This document shows, in pieces, positions 33,615 through 36,893 of a stretch of DNA of 36,893 bases (position 1 is its first letter; each line of letters opens with the position of its first letter). The notes beneath the pieces were generated by a model. That model was not told the DNA's origin. It did no database searches and saw only the letters and a program-made list of their open reading frames with translations. The DNA is from Octopus bimaculoides. Lineage: Eukaryota. The stretch lies in NCBI RefSeq assembly GCF_001194135.2, contig NC_068991.1:42568654-42605546 (forward strand), given 5' to 3'. Both the position numbers and the translations under genes were made by a program.

Positions 33615-35480
33615 ATAGGCGAGAAGAAAATGGAGGACACATAAGAAACTGAAGTGTGTCTTTTGCGCTAGTAAGGCATTATTTAATTAGTAAATAAAGG
33701 TGACAGTGAAGTTGTTTACGATGGTTATTGTTTACCATGGTGAGGAAAATATATTTCCACCTCGTTACTAATGGTAGACATCGTCAGAACGAAGAAGTCA
33801 GAGGTAGAGAGAAGAGTAAAAGATCAATGGTTACATCGGGTAAGAGAAAATTAAAGATTTGAGTGTCTTACATTATATTGGGGTTCACAGTTCGTTAAGT
33901 CCGTTATGAGGTGGATGAAGAATATAGGTTAGTTGGACCTGTAGTCTCACTGGCGGTGCAATGTAAGGGAGCTAACTCTAATTAGGGAAAACCGGTGCTA
34001 TTATAATGACCTAAGTGCCTGTTGAAATAAAGGTTGTAGGTGGTTCGTATTATTACAGCAAGCCATATATTGGTGTAAAATATGGAACGAGCTTCGGTCT
34101 GATCTAGCGTGTAGAGAGACTCATTGCTGTAATACTATTTTGTTATGAAGAGAGCATATAGAAAAAGAGGGTGGGAAGGGAAAATTTGCTTGTAAGTATC
34201 TTAGGTGGTTCTCGGTTAAAAAGAATTATATGCATACACAGGCTAGCGTAGGATGTAGAGTAGGTACATAATTATTGGTTTATTATGTGAGTTTGGAGTA
34301 GGGTAATGTAGAACATGTTTTAGGTATTTTGTGTATTTATCTATAATGTACGTTTGGGTTAGTGCAAGTGGTCAAGGGGAGGTAATGCACTGGTGAGTAA
34401 GTCTACTAGTAGGGGGGAGGCTAGGATATTGGGATCTTTTTTAAAACGGGGGCCACATTTTTCATTAACGAAACACTTTGAAACTTGGAACACTGGTAGA
34501 ATGTGTCATATAAAACATCTTTTTCTCTTAGTCTTCTTTAAAAAAAAGAAATCCCCAAGTTATTCCATGTTAAAGTTGTCGTATTTCTGTAATTTCAACC
34601 AATCACTGACGTCCATTTAGCCGATATACATTAAGTGCCGACTACATAAACAAACGATTCTGAAACAATTCTATCAGTGATAGGGTTAGGGTTAGGGTAA
34701 AACAGTAAATTTAAAAAGAAAAAAGCAAAACGAAGCTATGGAAATTAAATACGCTTTACATCGCTTAATCAGCCAAAGGAGTAAAGATAAACAACTGAAT
34801 ACTTGTCAGTGGTTGGTTGAAATTATCGAAATAAGACAATTTTTTACATGAAATAAATTCGAATACAAAAATATTTTTCTGTTCTATAATACAAAATAGA
34901 TAAGTATACGAAGTTTGAAAGTCTTTCCGTACCAAAAACTACGTAAAACATTAATGAAAAATGTGGCCCCCGTTTTAAAATAGATCCGGATATTGATATG
35001 TACAAGATTTAACGAAACTTAGAGAAGACAAATTAGCCTATATGCAGACAAAAATTATTTGCATGTTTTTTATTCAGTAGAAGTGGTTTAAACATTAATA
35101 TTTTCAGGTACTTTGTTAAACAGAGATTGCACTGCTTATTAGTAGTGTTATAAGACGAGTTGGTTGCTAGGATGCGCCATTTTAAACTATAATTAATTTT
35201 TTTATCCTTTTATTCCCAGATGTAGCTATTAAACCCTGTAGTTTGCTTTACTTCTATTTCTAAAGCTATTTGCCAGTTGCCTGTTCTTTTTATGTTGCTG
35301 ATTTTTCTGGTTTCATAGAAAGCAACGAGGCAAAAATATAATTTATATTTCCTCACCAGGGTAAACAGAAACAACTGTAAACAACTTCACTCTCACCTTT
35401 ATTTACTAATTAAATAATGCCTTACTAGCGCAAAAGATACATTTCTGTTTGTTATTTGTCCTCCATTTTCTTCACACCTA
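33615..35480 (-). mobile_element. 5'-truncated Penelope-like retroelement (GIY-YIG remnant plus 3' tail) with an inverted terminal copy
   Basis: Minus 35240 to 35020 translates as SYIWE*KDKKINYSLKWRILATNSSYNTTNKQCNLCLTKYLKILMFKPLLLNKK, resembling the C-terminus of Neptune-type PLE endonucleases (YIWxLK...KWxIL...CxLCLxEK). 33615-33775 is present inverted at about 35325-35480. Confidence 0.8.
34432..34987. mobile_element. 556-bp MITE with 37-bp TIRs and 8-bp TSD, inserted in the Penelope-like element
   Basis: TSD GGATATTG at 34424-34431 and 34988-34995. TIR ggatct(t/a)ttttaaaacgggggccacatttttcattaa at both ends with 1 mismatch. Confidence 0.92.
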
Positions 35481-35516
35481 ATATATATTATATATATAAT
35501 ATATATACATGTATAA

Positions 35517-35556
<40 letters not shown>

Positions 35557-35559
<3 letters not shown>

Positions 35560-36503
35560 AGTGAAACTACCTATTGCCATTATATACAAAACCATCTATC
35601 GCCATTATATTCAAACAGACCATCTTCTCTCACTATAAATATGACAGACGCGAGCGTAGTAGAAAACATCTCTTTCTTTGTCATCACCTGACTGACTATT
35701 ATTTGAAGCGGCAACTGCTTCGTACCGTTCCCGCCAGAACGCAAACTGACCAATCATAGCCCCTAATAAGGTCACGTGATAGTGTTTTTCTAATGCCTCC
35801 ATCGGAGCCTACTTTCAGCTATAAATAGCCTGCTAGATACCCAGCTAATTCGTCACAGTTCAGATCTCTTAGAGACCTGTTCCGTGTACCACACAGAGCA
35901 GCAGCAGTTTCCAGCGACGACGTCAACACCACTTCAACTACGAACTACAAGATTCGCCACCGACGTTGCCAACAGCGTCAACACGACACTATGACTACCA
36001 GCGTCAACATGACTTCTACGTACACCAGCTAACCAAACTAACCGCGGCATTTTTCTCTTCGATTCTGTTTGTGTGATTCATCTTCGCCACGAAATAACAG
36101 CCAAGAGCCCAGCCTGCGAAGAACGTCTGTACTCAAGAACCCGGCTCGGCATGGAAGCCCTAACATCACGACGAGTGATCGCTCTGCTCCACATGCCTCA
36201 ACTTCTTACATACAGACTCTTACTATTGTGTACTCTAAGAACTGGCAAATTCTTATATGTGTTACTGACTCTTTTTCTATCTGCTGTATCTTACGCATAC
36301 ACATACATGTATCACTTACACACACTCTTTTCTTTACACGACAGCCTGTCTTTTATTATGTTTTATTATGTCGCATTTACACTCACACACAGACATACAT
36401 TTTAATGCTACAATAAATATTACTGTTATTCATCTCTATCGGTTGTGTTCTATCTTGTATCTTACTGGCATTTACGAAATCTCTATGTTATCAAAGTATA
36501 ACA
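35557..36503 (+). mobile_element. Probable solo LTR
   Basis: Begins TGTAG and ends TAACA. Contains CCAAT (35750), TCACGTGA (35772), TATAAAT (35820), an initiator-like cacagtt about 30 nt downstream, and AATAAA near 36411; CpG-rich compared with the flanks. No matching TSD or PBS identified. Confidence 0.45.
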
Positions 36504-36621
36504 TATTTATATCATTTGACATAATTTTGTGTTAGACCGTGTGACGCGTTTATAAAAGGAGCCTGTTTTTCCATCCGTCACCATTTCTCCTTTTGGGTTT
36601 GCACGGTCGTTCTTATATATA

Positions 36622-36893
36622 TCTATATATATAAAAATGAGAATGTGTGTCTGTCTGTCTGTGTGTTTCCCTAAAACTCGAGAACTACACAACCAATTTC
36701 ATTCAAATTTTACACAGAGTTCGAGCCCACGGCAACATAATATCTCCTCCATTATTTAAGTATTACGTGTCAAAAGTGAAACAAAAACACTCATGTCAAA
36801 TACTTTCACTTTAAAAATGAAACTATTCCACTAACTGAAACAATCACATTTCGATACTGTAATGACAGATACTTTCACTTTAATGGTGTGTGT
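36622..36893 (+). mobile_element. Helitron-like non-autonomous element 5' end, running off the window
   Basis: Starts TCTATATATATAAAAATG followed by gtgtgtctgtctgtctgtgtg and accaatttcattcaaattttacaca, the usual opening of microsatellite-bearing non-autonomous Helitrons. Confidence 0.65.

Noticed and set aside
33480-34420. Possible mitochondrial insertion (NUMT), suggested by strong G/T strand skew
   Set aside because: No mitochondrial protein, rRNA or tRNA motif recognised. It is contiguous (once the MITE is removed) with a PLE endonuclease remnant and shares the inverted terminal repeat, so a PLE 3' tail explains it better.
34681-34698. Interstitial telomere or chromosome fusion scar
   Set aside because: Only about three TTAGGG units, and they are internal to a MITE.

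Overview
AT-rich, repeat-dense eukaryotic scaffold with several N gaps. The SINE and RTE-tail families look like those of octopus/coleoid cephalopod genomes (recognition from memory, not a database search). The only host gene found is a minus-strand golgin-84 (GOLGA5) orthologue. Thirteen coding exons, all with GT-AG junctions and matching phases, run from 27123 down to the stop at 7233 and give about 553 codons of coiled coil plus the C-terminal transmembrane anchor; the N-terminal exon(s) are not visible. The rest is transposon-derived: two near full-length but decayed mariners, a maT/DD37D-like fragment, a pogo/Tigger HTH remnant, nested piggyBac-type MITEs, a 556-bp MITE with an 8-bp TSD, a 5'-truncated Penelope-like element with an inverted terminal copy, Helitron ends, a probable solo LTR, many tRNA-derived SINEs, RTE 3' tails and microsatellites. 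I found no convincing novel multi-gene system. The best leads are RNA-structural: long intronic fold-backs, one with hammerhead-core motifs, and inverted repeats bracketing GOLGA5 exons. SINE and RTE boundaries are approximate.
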